Shown here: positions 1 through 11,980 of the stretch, piece by piece | Layout: each line of letters starts with the position of its first letter | Position numbering within the stretch: the first letter of the stretch is position 1 | Notes under the pieces: model-generated | Told to the model about the DNA's origin: nothing | What the model saw: the letters and a program-made list of their open reading frames with translations, nothing else | Databases searched by the model: none | Origin: Dendrobates tinctorius | Taxonomy: Eukaryota | Direction of reading: 5' to 3' | NCBI RefSeq assembly: GCF_039654945.1 | Contig: NW_027361700.1 | Span: forward strand, 27,032,001 to 27,096,000 | Length of the DNA: 64,000 nucleotides | Program-made: the position numbers and the translations under genes

Positions 1-1635
1 ATTGGGGTGGGGGTTAGGAGGATTTAGAGAGCAAAGGTCAGCCATTCCTCAGCCAAGTAGAAAAAAACTATAAGATGAGAATGCAAAATATGATTACAGC
101 AGTATATTTCTCAAATTTCAATACATGGCTTGGGAGATGAGGGCTTCAAGAATGGCATCAGGGAGTGCAATATAATTGTTTTGCCCCTAGTACTGGCAAC
201 CCACACTACACCACTGATCGCAAGTGTTTCTGCCCTTTTGGTCAAGGGGAGGGAGAATGGACAAAGAAGGACAAAGTGAACACAGGGTTGGACTAACCCA
301 TGAAAATAACTAGGGATCCTTAAGATTTTTTACTTCAAGCTTCTAGAAAAAAACTTGATGAGAAGTTTCCTGGTCATTATCCAAATCACATCAGCAACCT
401 TCTGCTTTATAGAAGAGTCTTTTCTTTACCACCCACCAAGATAGCTCCAAAGCCATGTCAGTACACTATCAGTTACATATCTTGTTTAGTGCATAATGTC
501 GGCAACAGTCAGATTAGTCTGGTATTTATTTTGTGAAGACTTTTATTGAGAGATGATAAAATCATCAGGGAGTTCCACCCATCAAGCGGTATTCTGAGGA
601 AGGAACGTCAAATGCATAATTATCAGCAATTACTGCACCTGCATTCATTCCTGTCATCATTTATCTTTCCTTATGAGATGGGAAATGGGCTACAACTCAT
701 AGAGTAATCCTTTCAAAATCCTGTAATTTTCGGATATTATACTGTGCCGAAAAACTTCTGGGTGTGACTTGTAGTAAACTGAGATCAGACATATTTAGCT
801 ATTCTCTGACAATATCAAATATAAGTTTAGAAAAAGTTTGAATACGAGCTGGGTTGTGAATACGGATGTTTTTCTTTGATGGGTGGATATTTGTATGGTT
901 ATTGCATTATTCATCGGATTTACAGTCAGAAAAAGAATAAGTCAAACAGCGCCTATTAATCAGAAAAATCACCTATCATAAGTTTTCTTTTATAGATGGA
1001 CTGTGTTATTTATAAGGGCTTGTTCATGCATCTGTTTTTCATACCTTTTTCATACCTGTGCCTACCCTTTTCTAGAATACAAACATATTATAGCCTATTG
1101 TTCATCTCACATGTCCCGATAATTTGAAAAAACCTGAAAAACAGACATATGTCTGAGTTTGGTCCAATTCATGGACCAAACTCACACATTTCAAAGAATG
1201 GTTCATTGATGGGAATGAACAGCCCATAGCTTCCATTTGTTTTGCATTCTGATGCTATCCATTTGATGAAATCTGCTTTTTTACAAGCCAACAAGGCCCA
1301 TTCTGCATAGGAGCAATTCTGTTACATCCAATTTAAACACTTGATTTTACCTCTTTTTATTAAGCACAATTCAAACTCTTTCATTATTTCCCTTTGAACA
1401 TTGTTTTCCATCACAAACCATGCTTTATAGGGGTTATCTTGGACTATATATATATATTTTTTTACTATGGCCTAAGAACTAACAGGGTGCTCAAGTAGGA
1501 ATCCATGGCAGATACAATAAAGATGAGAACTGGGACATACTAGTGCATTCAACCCATTGCACATGGACGTGATAATTATTGCTTTTTTTATCCATATGAA
1601 AGCACACAAAGTCAGTACTGCTTAGCCGCCTTAGA

Positions 1636-2841
1636 CAGGGGCGTACATACCGCAGGTTGCACCAGGGTCTGGAGGTGGAGGGGGGGCCTCTGAAGGATGG
1701 CTAATAATGAGGGCAATCTGGCCTGTTTATGCAGCTGCGGGGGGCCCTGGCCAGATTGCCCTCATGTGCGGTGGGCATGGAGAGATCCCTGCTGCTCCGC
1801 TGCCTGCAAGAGAAAATGGCAGCAGAGCGGAGCTGCAGGGATCAGTTCTGCTTCCTGCCCATGCTTCCTGTCTCACACAGCAGTGGCTGAATGACATAAT
1901 CATTCAGCGCCACGGATGTGCAAGACAGGAAGGAAGCTGCCGGCGATGATGTGGCTGCAGGGTACCGTTCGCATAAGTGAGGTGTGTGTTGTGTGTGTGT
2001 GTATATGCAGAGAGGTGAATGGTGCTATGTGTGTAGGTGGAGGAGAGGGCAATGATGGGGTGATGGAGCAGAAGGCAATGATTGGGTTGACGGAGAGGGC
2101 AATGATGGGGGTAATGGGGCAGAAGGCAATGATTGGGTTGACAGAGAGGGCAATGATAGGGGTGGTGGGGGAGAAAGCAATGATGGGGTGGTGGAAAGGG
2201 TAATAATTGGGATGGTGGGGGGTAAATGATGGAGGTGGTGAAATGGGCAATAATGGGGGTGGTGGGGGAGGAGGAAATGATGGAGGTGGTGGAATGGGCA
2301 ATAATGGGGGTTGTGGGGAGGAGGAAATGATGGAGGCGGTGTAATGGGCAATGATGGGTTGGTGGGGGAAAAGACAATGATGGTGGTGGAAAGGGCAATG
2401 ATAGGGATGGTGGGGGAGGAGCAAATGATGGAGATTGTGGAATAGGCAATGATGGGGTGGTAGGGGAGAAGACAATGATGATGGCGGTGGAAAGGACAAT
2501 GATGGGTTGGTGGGGGAGGAGGAAATGATGGAGGTGGTGGAATGGGTAATAATGGGGTGGTGGGAAAGAAGGCAGTAATGGTGGCAGAGGAAAGGACAAT
2601 GATGGAGGTGGTGAAGAGGGCAATCATGGGGGTGGTGGAGAGGACAATAATGGGATGCAGGGGGGGAGGATGACATTGAGGGGTGTGGGGGATTGGGATG
2701 GGAGGAATGGGGATTTATAATGGGTTTAGGAACAGGGGAGGTGGAGGAATACATCTATATGTATGTAGCTTTGTCGCCTTAAAAGGAGGGGGCCCAGACA
2801 CTTCCTGCACAGGGGCCCCAAGCTGTCAGTGTCCGCTCCTG
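1636..2841. mobile_element. Non-autonomous hAT-type element (MITE) with internal G/A-rich minisatellite
   Basis: Exact 8-bp TSD GCCTTAGA at 1628-1635 and 2842-2849; imperfect TIRs CAGGGGCGTAC / CAGGAGCGGAC; no transposase. Confidence 0.85.
2035..2720 (+). repeat. Degenerate purine-rich minisatellite (GGCAATGATGGGGTGGTGGGGGAG-like units)
   Basis: Repeated AATGATGG and GGTGGTGG motifs; explains the Pro/His-rich spurious ORFs on the minus strand. Confidence 0.9.
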
Positions 2842-3167
2842 GCCTTAGAGTTACATGAACCCACAAAAGGGTACCCATAGAAGTTTATAATGCTCTACCA
2901 TACCTCTGTATGGATATAAGGAAGAATATCACCATAATACAGTGTGGCATGGAGCGTCATATGACAGCACACAGTCTGTACAGCTTGGATTCCTCAGAGT
3001 TGTATGAACTAAAGTTGAGCGAAACGGGTCGAAAAATTTCAAAAGTCGCCGACTTTTGGCAAAGTCGGGTTTCATGAAACGAAACCCGACCCTAGGATGG
3101 GTTGGCCACAAGGTCGGCGACTTACACGCCAAAGTCGCGTTCCAAAAGTTTGTTTTGCGCTCTTTTT

Positions 3168-3320
3168 CAGCCAATCAGGATCCACGGACACTGTGGGCAA
3201 CGTGATGACATAGGCACGGGTCACCACCATCTTTCAGAAGGGCATGCAAGTGATTGGCTTGCTTTGGTGGGCGTCACAGGGGGTATAAAAGGGCGTGCAC
3301 GCCGACCGCCATCTTACTTC
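3168..3320 (+). promoter_or_regulatory. Putative Pol II promoter of the hAT transposase
   Basis: CCAAT (~3171), reverse CCAAT ATTGG (~3253), TATAAAA (~3284-3290), YY1-like CCGCCATCTT (~3306-3315). Confidence 0.55.
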
Positions 3321-4065
3321 TGCCGATCTTAGCATAGGGAGAGGTTGCTGCTGATTCTGTAGGGAGAGCGTTAGGCAGGGAAGAAGGAAAAAAAACTGCT
3401 TCTGCTGCTAGCGATTTTGCCTGTACAACACACCAGTCACTGTGTGCAGTGCAAGGGGAGGCTATATAGTGGTGTATCAGTGGTGTTGGTTGTTGGGCTG
3501 CCTTCTAAGGCTTCCTGACATTCCTGCATTGCTGTTTACCCACTGCTCCGCAAACTGCTTTTTTAAAAGCAATCCCAATTTTTTTTTTTGTCCTGCTGAG
3601 GTACTGAGCGTGCATTTTTCACACCATACAGCGGTGTACGCTCCTCACACAGTACCGTGTAACGGCTGTTATCATAGCCACAGTGACATCTTACTTCTGC
3701 CGATCTTAGCATAGGGAGAGGTTGCTGCTGATTCTGTAGGGAGAGCGTTAGGCAGGGAAGAAGGAAAAAAAACTGCTTCTGCTGCTAGCGATTTTGCCTG
3801 TACAACACACCAGTCACTGTGTGCAGTGCAAGGGGAGGCTATATAGTGGTGTATCAGTGGTGTTGGTTGTTGGGCTGCCTTCTAAGGCTTCCTGACATTC
3901 CTGCATTGCTGTTTACCCACTGCTCCGCAAACTGCTTTTTTAAAAGCAATCCCAATTTTTTTTTTTTGTCCTGCTGAGGTACTGTGCGTGCATTTTTTCA
4001 CACCATACAGCGGTGTACGCTCCTCACACAGTACGGTGTAACGGCTGTTATCATAGCCACAGTGA
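3310..4065 (+). repeat. Near-perfect tandem duplication of ~377 bp inside the hAT
   Basis: 3310-3686 repeated at 3687-4065 (both begin CATCTTACTTCTGCCGATCTTAGC and end ATCATAGCCACAGTGA). Confidence 0.95.
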
Positions 4066-4198
4066 AGCTATCAGTGTGTCACTCTGTGAGAATAAGTCGA
4101 GGACATGTTCCGTTCTTACAGACCTGCACTCTAGGGAGATTCCTATTCTGCCCAATTCTACATACACCTTGTAGTTTGTGATACACTAGCCAATTTCT

Positions 4199-6465
4199 GC
4201 CTGTGACAGCGCTCAGATATTCAGTGGGCCTCACACAATCCAAAAGTGTCCAGTGTCCACAAGTGTCTGCAGAAATTCAAAATCTCCCTTATCCTCTAGT
4301 CACTTTGGTCACAGCTGTGCCATCGAGCCTGTGACAGCGCTCAGATATTCAGTGGGCCTCACACAATCCAAAAGTGTCCAGTGTCCACAAGTGTCTGCAG
4401 AAATTCAAAATCTCCCTTATCCCCTAGTCACTTTGGTCACAGCTGTGCCATCGAGCCTGTGACAGCGCTCAGATATTCAGTGGGCCTCACACAATCCAAA
4501 AGTGTCCAGTGTCCACAAGTGTCTGCAGAAATTCAAAATCTCCCTTATCCTCTAGTCACTTTGGTCACAGCTGTGCCATCGAGCCTGTGACACCGCTCAG
4601 ATATTCAGTGGGCCTCACACAATCCAAAAGTGTCCAGTGTCCACAAGTGTCTGCAGAAATTCAAAATCTCCCTTATCCTCTAGTCACTTTGGTCACAGCT
4701 GTGCCATCGAGCCTGTGACAGCGCTCAGATATTCAGTGGGCCTCACACAATCCAAAAGTGTCCAGTGTCCACAAGTGTCTGCAGAAATTCAAAATCTCCC
4801 TTATCCTCTAGTCACTTTGGTCACAGCTGTGCCATCGAGCCTGTGACAGCGCTCAGATATTCAGTGGGCCTCACACAATCCAAAAGTGTCCAGTGTCCTC
4901 AAGTGTCTGCAGAAATTCAAAATCTCCCTTATCCTCTAGTCACTTTGGTCACAGCTGTGCCATCGAGGCTGTGACAGCGCTCAGATATTCAGTGGGCCTC
5001 ACACAATCCAAAAGTGTAGAGTGTCCACTAGTGTGTGCAGAAATTCAAAATCTCCCTTATCCTCTAGTCACTTTGGTCACAGCTGTGCCATCGAGCCTGT
5101 GACAGCGCTCAGATATTCAGTGGGCCTCACACAATCTAAAAGTGTCCAGTGTCCACAAGTGTCTGCAGAAATTCAAAATCTCCCTTATCCTCTAGTCACT
5201 TTGGTCACAGCTGTGCCATCAAGCCTGTGACAGCGCTCAGATATTCGGTGGGCCTCACACAATCCAAAAGTGTCCAGTGTCCACAAGTGTCTGCAGAAAT
5301 TCAAAATCTCCCTTATCCTCTAGTCACTTTGGTCACAGCTGTGCCATCGAGCCTGTGACAGCGCTCAGATATTCAGTGGGCCTCACACAATCCAAAAGTG
5401 TCCAGTGTCCACAAGTGTCTGCAGAAATTCAAAATCTCCCTTATCCTCTAGTCACTTTGGTCACAGCTGTGCCATCGAGCCTGTGACAGCGCTCAGATAT
5501 TCAGTGGGCCTCACACAATCCAAAAGTGTCCAGTGTCCACTAGTGTGTGCAGAAATTCAAAATCTCCCTTATCCTCTAGTCACTTTGGTCACAGCTGTGC
5601 CATCGAGCCTGTGACAGCGCTCAGATATTCAGTGGGCCTCACACAATCCAAAAGTGTCCAGTGTCCACAAGTGTCTGCAGAAATTCAAAATCTCCCTTAT
5701 CCTCTAGTCACTTTGGTCACAGCTGTGCCATCGAGCCTGTGACAGCGCTCAGATATTCAGTGGGCCTCACACAATCCAAAAGTGTCCAGTGTCCACAAGT
5801 GTCTGCAGAAATTCAAAATCTCCCTTATCCTCTAGTCACTTTGGTCACAGCTGTGCCATCGAGCCTGTGACAGCGCTCAGATATTCAGTGGGCCTCACAC
5901 AATCCAAAAGTGTCCAGTGTCCACAAGTGTCTGCAGAAATTCAAAATCTCCCTTATCCTCTAGTCACTTTGGTCACAGCTGTGCCATCGAGCCTGTGACA
6001 GTGCTCAGATATTCAGTGGGCCTCACACAATCCAAAAGTGTCCAGTGTCCACTAGTGTGTGCAGAAATTCAAAGTCTCCCTTATCCTCTAGTCACTTTGG
6101 TCACAGCTGTGCCATCGAGCCTGTGACAGCGCTCAGATATTCAGTGGGCCTCACACAATCCAAAAGTGTCCAGCGTCCACAAGTGTCTGCAGAAATTCAA
6201 AATCTCCCTTATCCTCTAGTCACTTTGGTCACAGCTGTGCCATCGAGCCTGTGACAGCGCTCAGATATTCGGTGGGCCTCACACAATCCAAAAGTGTCCA
6301 GTGTCCACAAGTGTCTGCAGAAATTCAAAATCTCCCTTATCCTCTAGTCACTTTGGTCACAGCTGTGCCATCGAGCCTGTGACAGCGCTCAGATATTCAG
6401 GGGGCCTCACACAATCCAAAAGTGTCCAGTGTCCACAAGTGTCTGCAGAAATTCAAAATCTCCCC
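4199..6465 (+). repeat. 128-bp tandem satellite, ~17.7 near-identical copies, inside the hAT
   Basis: Unit GCCTGTGACAGCGCTCAGATATTC...GGTCACAGCTGTGCCATCGA recurs every 128 nt; near-identical 69-aa ORFs recur every 128 nt. Confidence 0.98.
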
Positions 6466-6540
6466 TGTCCTATAGACACCTTGTACCTTGTTTTACATTA
6501 CTATATAGTTTGTTGGATTTTGTCTACATTTCTACCAAAA

Positions 6541-9500
6541 ATGAGGAAGGCTGGTGGAAGAGGCCGTGGAATTGGGCGGGGGTTGGCAGCTGGTAATGAT
6601 GGTGTTAGTGGTGGATCTGATGGTAGTGGCAAGAGCAAAATAGGACCGAATGCAGGAGGTGTTGAGCCTGCGTCATCGCCTGGCTCCATAAGGCTTCGAA
6701 GGCTTAGTTTTCTAGGAGTTGGCAAACCGCTTTTAAAGCCAGAGCATTAGGAAAAAGTTTTGTCTTACATTGCTGACTCAGCCTCCAGCTCTATCGCCTC
6801 CTCTTCTTCAGTTGTAAAAAGTAAAAGCACTGAGTCGTCATAGGAGGCTCATGTTCATGAACCACACCTTTCCTTGTGTCCTTCACCACAACCAAGATTG
6901 AAGGATGACGCAGGCCATACTACTGATTACTCCATGGAGCTGTTTTCACATACCATGCCTGGATTATCAAGTGAAATGGTGAATTACCCAGGCCAAGATG
7001 AATCTGACATGGAGTGCACTGATGCACAGCCGCTGATGGATGATTCTGCTGATACATTCACTCAGAGCACTACATTGTCCTCGCAGTGTACAGAGCCAGA
7101 TTCTGACCCTGATGAGACTCACGTGCCCCTTCCCGCACACTATACTACCATACACGGTGACACAGAGGAAGGTGCACATGACATAGAAGAGGAGGTGATG
7201 GATGACCCAGTTGTTGGCATCCATTGGGGGAAGAGGGTGCTGCTTCCAATAGCTCAGATGAGGAGCATCCACAGCAGACATCGACATCGCAACAGCTGTT
7301 ATCTGGCAGGCCCGGAGCACTCCAAAGACAGGTTCCAAACATCAAAAGAGTTGCTGGACAGCTTGTCCAGAGGGTCAAAAGATCACAGCGTGCTAGGCCG
7401 CAAAATGTCTGCCAAAGTAGGAAGAGTGCAGTGTGGCACTTTTTTGAACAAAATCCTCATGATCAGGCCAAGGTTATCTGTAAGAAGTGCGCAAAGACCT
7501 TTTGCCGAGGGAAAAATCTGAAAAATTTGAATACCAGTTGCATGCTTAGACATTTAACCAGCATGCACTTGCAAGCGTGGACACAACACCAAACCTCAAG
7601 TGCCACATGTGCAACTGATCACAACGAAGGTAGTCAGCAACGCTACATTGTTTCCCCCACTGTAAGCCCACCGGTTAGCACAGCAGCAAATGTTGAGGTG
7701 TCGTTGCAAGGCCACAGCAGTCAGGGAATCCCACTGTTATATCAACGAAAGACTGATTCTAGGCCATCAGAAAGAACACCAACTCCATCACCATCATCAA
7801 CCCTCTCTCAGTCCGCCCAGTCCACCGCTACTTCCACCATATGCAGCTCTCAAGTCCAGCTCACCCTCCCAGACACTATGAGTAGGTCAAGAAAGTACTC
7901 AGTCTCTCATCCGCGTACACTGGGTTTGAACGCCCACATTGCCAAACTAATCTCGTTTGAGATGATGCCCTTTCGGTTGGTGGAAAGCACAGCTTTCCGC
8001 GAACTCATGGCCTACGCAGTACCACGCTATGACCTACCCAGTCGCCACTTCTTCTCTCGCAAAGCCATCCCAGCCCTCCACCATCATGAAAGACCGCATT
8101 GTCCATGCACTCAAGCACTCAGTGAGCGGAAAGGTGCACCTCACAACTGATGCATGGTCCAGTCGGCATGGCCAGGGCCGTTACGTGTCCATCACTGCGC
8201 ACTGGGTTAATGTGGTGGATGCAGGGTCCACAGGGGATAGCGGTGGTGGGACAGTGCTGCCTAGCCCACGGTATAGGAAACAGTTGGCTGTAGGCGTTCG
8301 ACCCTCCTCCTCCTCCAGAAGCGAAAGCTCGTCCACAGAGCGCAGTCGTACGAGCACTCCATCTGCAGCTGCCACTGTTGCACACGATGTGTCCCCCTAT
8401 CGAGCAGCTAATGGAAAGCATCAGCAGGCTGTGTTGCAGATGATGTGTTTGGGCGACAGACACACCGCCGAGGTGCTGGCCGAGTACTTTCAGCGACAAA
8501 CTGAGTCATGGCTGGGCAGTGTACATCTTGAGGCAGGCAAGGTAGTTAGTGATAACGGCCGTAATTTTGTGGCAGCCATAGCCCTTTCAAAACTCAGCCA
8601 CATACCTTGCTTGGCTCACACCTTGAACCTGGTGGTGCAGTGCTTCCTCAAAAATTATCCAGAGTTAACAGCCCTGCTCCAGAAGGTGCGAAGACTGTGC
8701 GCGCACATCCGCCGGTCGCCTGTACACTCCGTTCGTATGCAGAAGCTGCAGCGATTGCTCCACCTTCCCAACCACCGCCTCATTATCGACATTGCAACAA
8801 GGTGGAACTCCACCCTGCACATGGTGGAGCGGCTGTGCGAGCAGAGGCAGGCCATAATGCATTTGTGGGAGGATACACGGCCAGGCACTTTGAGAGCAGA
8901 CATGGAGTTGACAGGTGTGCAGTGGTCGAAGCTGAAAGACCTCTGTAAAGTCCTTCAGTGTTTTGAGGAATGCACATGGCTGGTAAGCGCAGACGATGCC
9001 ATCCTAAGCATGAGCATCCCACTTATGCGTCTGCTCATGCAAACTTTGACGCACCTTAAGGAGCAGGCGTCTGCAGCCAATGTTGACGAGGAGGGAATCC
9101 TTGATGACATTCAGCCATTGTCTGCTCAGGGACCTCTCCTGGACGAGGTGGAGGAAGAAGAGGAGGAGGAGGATGATGATGGGGATGATTACTTAGGGGA
9201 GGAGGATGCATCTCGTGGGGCAAGTGAAAATGTTGGCATGGCAAGGTCTGGTACAGGGTTTGTGTGTGACTGGAGGGATGTGGATTTGCCAGAAAGTGCT
9301 CCTCCAAACAGCACTCGCAGTGCATCATTGACACCGGGAACATTGGCCCACATGTCAGATTATGCCTTGCAGATCCTAAAAAGGGACCCCCGCATTGCCA
9401 AAATGATGAACGATGACGACTACTGGTTGGCCAGCATCCTGGATCCACGCTATAAAGGCAAATTACAAAACATCATGCCACAGGAGAACCTTGACCTAAT

Positions 9501-10050
9501 ATTGGCTAATAAACAAGCAAGTCTGGTAAATCGGTTGCTTGAGGCATTCCCAGCACACAGCAGCGGTGATGGTTCTCACACGAGCCGTACAGGCCGGGGG
9601 CAGCTTGGCAGAGGTGTTCGTGGTGCACACAGCAGAAGTGGCGTTGGAGACAGGGGTTTCATGACAATGTTGTGGACTGATTTTTCAAGTACCGCTCACA
9701 CAACTGGTAATACTGCATCGATGGAAAGTGACAGGAGACAGCAGTTGTCAACTATGGTTACAAACTACTTTTCCTCCCATATCGATGTTCTCCCACACAG
9801 GTCATTCCCCTTTGACTATTGGGCCGCTAAACTGGACACCTGGCCTGAATTGGCCCAATATGCCTTACAGGAGCTCGCTTGCCCAGCTGCAAGTGTGCTA
9901 TCGGAAAGAGTCTTCAGTGCAGCTGGATCAATCCTGACAGAAAAAAGGACCCGTCTGTCAACCCAAAATGTGGATGATCTAACCTTCATTAAAATGAACC
10001 ACGCATGGGTTTCCAAGGATTTTGTCCCACCTTCCCCTGATGATACATAG
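6541..10050 (+). pseudogene. hAT transposase (BED zinc finger, DDE core, hATC dimerisation domain), disrupted
   Basis: ATG 6541 (MRKAGGRGRG); in-frame TAG at 6748 and 6841; frameshifts near 7225 and 8085; BED finger SAVWHFF..CKKC..LRHLTSMH; LTTDAW, VSDNG, CLAHTLNL, TRWNST, LDPRYK, and C-terminal WPELAQYA..PAASVLSERVFSAAG..RTRLS. Confidence 0.93.
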
Positions 10051-10248
10051 GGTGACAGAAAAATGGCTTGCTTTGGTCCACCTCTTCCTGGGACGTGACC
10101 TATTTCACCTTTTGCATCAGCTGAATGTCCAACATCAACATATGCCACTTTCTAAAACTCCCTAACTGTGCTTCCCCCCCCCCCATGGCCGGGGTCACCA
10201 CCTAGCGCACGACACCGTGCGAGTGCCGTTGCCCTGGACAGGTGGGTA

Positions 10249-10392
10249 GGCCGACTCTTGGGCGCGGGCACTGGCACAGGGTCCCTCATAGTGCAATCAA
10301 GTGTCTCTGACGGTGGTGGTGCACACCCGCCGTCAGACACACCGCCGTACTATGAGGGGCCCAGTGCCAGTACCGACGCCCACGAGTGGGCC
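10249..10392. repeat. Imperfect GC-rich hairpin downstream of the transposase stop
   Basis: Left arm ACTCTTGGGCGCGGGCACTGGCACAGGGTCCCTCATAGT..GTGTCTCTGACGG pairs with right arm CCGTCAGACAC..ACTATGAGGGGCCCAGTGCCAGTACCGACGCCCACGAGT. Confidence 0.85.
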
Positions 10393-10471
10393 CCCCTTGC
10401 TTGGGCAGGGCCCCAGCATTTGCAATCTTTACCTCTCCCTGCTCGTCCACTGTGTAGTCTGGGCCGTCAAA

Positions 10472-11002
10472 TCCATACTGTGCCTGACACCGTCTGAGCC
10501 TGCCTCCTGATGTATAGACATATATTTTGAATGTGTACGCTATCCATACATGTTATCCGGGGATACGGTACCCTTTCTCACCTTTGTGCAATCACGTGCA
10601 AGCCATACTGGGCCTAACACCGTCTGAGCCTGCCTCCTGATGTATAGACATATATTTTGAATGTGTACGCTATCCATACATGTTATCTGGGGATACGGTA
10701 CCCTTTCTCACCTTTGTGCAATCACGTGTAATCCATACTGGGCCTAACACCGTCTGAGCCTGCCTCCTGATGTATAGACATATATTTTGAATGTGTACGC
10801 TATCCATACATGTTATCCGGGGATACGGTACCCTTTCTCACCTTTGTGCAATCACGTGCAAGCCATACTGGGCCTATACCGTCTGAGCCTGCCTCCTGAT
10901 GTATAGACATATATTGAATGTGTACGCTATCCATACATGTTTTCCGGGGATACGGTACCCTTTCTCATCTTTGTGCAATCCCGTGTAATCCATACTGGGC
11001 CT
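10472..11002 (+). repeat. ~130-bp tandem repeat, ~4 copies, in the hAT 3' region
   Basis: CCGTCTGAGCCTGCCTCCTGATGTATAGAC at ~10490, 10620, 10750, 10879. Confidence 0.95.
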
Positions 11003-11109
11003 GAGAACGGCTGGCGAGCTGTTAAGCAAGCTACAGCACCTGTGGTTTGCACACGTAAGTTTTTCATTTTTTCAGGAATGACGGTTAGGCCTAATTCCGG
11101 AACTGCGGT

Positions 11110-11585
11110 TGACCTGCACTTACTGGGAAATCATTGTTCGCGGGTAATAATTGTAATCACAGATCCCCATCACTAACGTTGTTCAGCGGGTTATCTGCAC
11201 CTGTAAGCGACAAACGCTGGCCTTTTCAGTGTAGCGCACATGCAGCCACGGACATGTAAGGGCATGACCCACCAGTTATTGGCCAATCTCATGTGCCAGA
11301 GCCTCACGTGTCCCTCTAGTAAGCCGGACTCGGACCGCGGGGCATGACGTAGTCTCGTTCGTTAACGGAATTAAGCTTGCAATGTGTGCATCTTTTCTGT
11401 AGCTTGCATGGTTGAGGTTTCCCAGGTGGAGTCAAATTAAACCGTAGGCTCCACTCCTGGTGGTGCCCTTCTGGACATTCCTTTATGGTTCAGCTTTGCA
11501 ACCATACTGCCCACGTAAAACAAACACTTTGCCTTCATGAACGCTGTTTGGAGGGGCATGACTCGTGGGAATAACGCCGCCCAAT
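11110..11585 (-). pseudogene. Degenerate 18S rRNA fragment (3' half of 18S) captured inside the hAT
   Basis: Plus strand matches, in order, the reverse complement of conserved 18S blocks recalled from memory: GCACTTACTGGGAA, GATCCCCATCAC, CAGTGTAGCGC..TGCAGCC..GGACAT.TAAGGGCAT, GTCTCGTTCGTTA.CGGAATTAA, GAGTCAAATTAA.CCG.AGGCTCCACTCCTGGTGGTGCCCTTC, TTCAGCTTTGCAACCATACT, TGGGAATAACGCCGCC; many substitutions and two internal deletions or replacements. Confidence 0.92.
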
Positions 11586-11690
11586 CAGTTAACCTGCTAG
11601 AGAGATCCTTCGTTGCTCGCAAGCATGACATCACACTCCCTAGGAAGAAGGTAATGCCACTGTGGCGACCGTACTCCTGGGGGCGACACA

Positions 11691-11980
11691 AGTGCACTGA
11701 TGCCCAGCCACTGCTCGATGAATCTGCTGGTACATTGACCCAGACCACTACATTCCCCTCGCACGCTACACGGCCTGAATCTGACCCTGAGGAAACTCAT
11801 GTTACCCTTCCCATATACAGTTCCATCTTACACGGTGACAAAGAGGAAGCTGCAGATGAAAGTGCAGGTTCGGCCCACCCGCCATCAGACACACCACCGT
11901 ACTATCAGGGGCCCTGTGCCAGTGCCGTCGCCAACAAGTGGGCCCCCCCTGCTTGCTCAGGATCACAGCACTTGCAAGGT
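11691..11980 (+). repeat. Diverged internal duplications of hAT segments 7013-7180 and 10325-10425
   Basis: Translates CTDAQPLLDESAGTLTQTT..ESDPEETHV versus CTDAQPLMDDSADTFTQST..DSDPDETHV, then HPPSDTPPYYQGP versus HPPSDTPPYYEGP. Confidence 0.9.

Noticed and set aside
1-1627. Possible upstream region of a further keratin gene
   Set aside because: No exon or recognisable element within the window to support a call
1900-2754. Pro/His-rich ORFs of 200-284 aa
   Set aside because: Open in all three minus frames because of the low-complexity minisatellite
4253-6254. Series of near-identical 69-aa ORFs; CRISPR-like regular array
   Set aside because: Artefact of a 128-bp tandem unit with GTG starts; there are no unique spacers or cas genes and the context is eukaryotic
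6541-10050. Domesticated ZBED-type host gene
   Set aside because: Two stops, two frameshifts, and intact TIRs and TSD indicate a transposon copy
11110-11585. Functional rRNA gene or contaminant rDNA
   Set aside because: Partial, heavily substituted in invariant positions, internally deleted, and embedded within transposon TIRs
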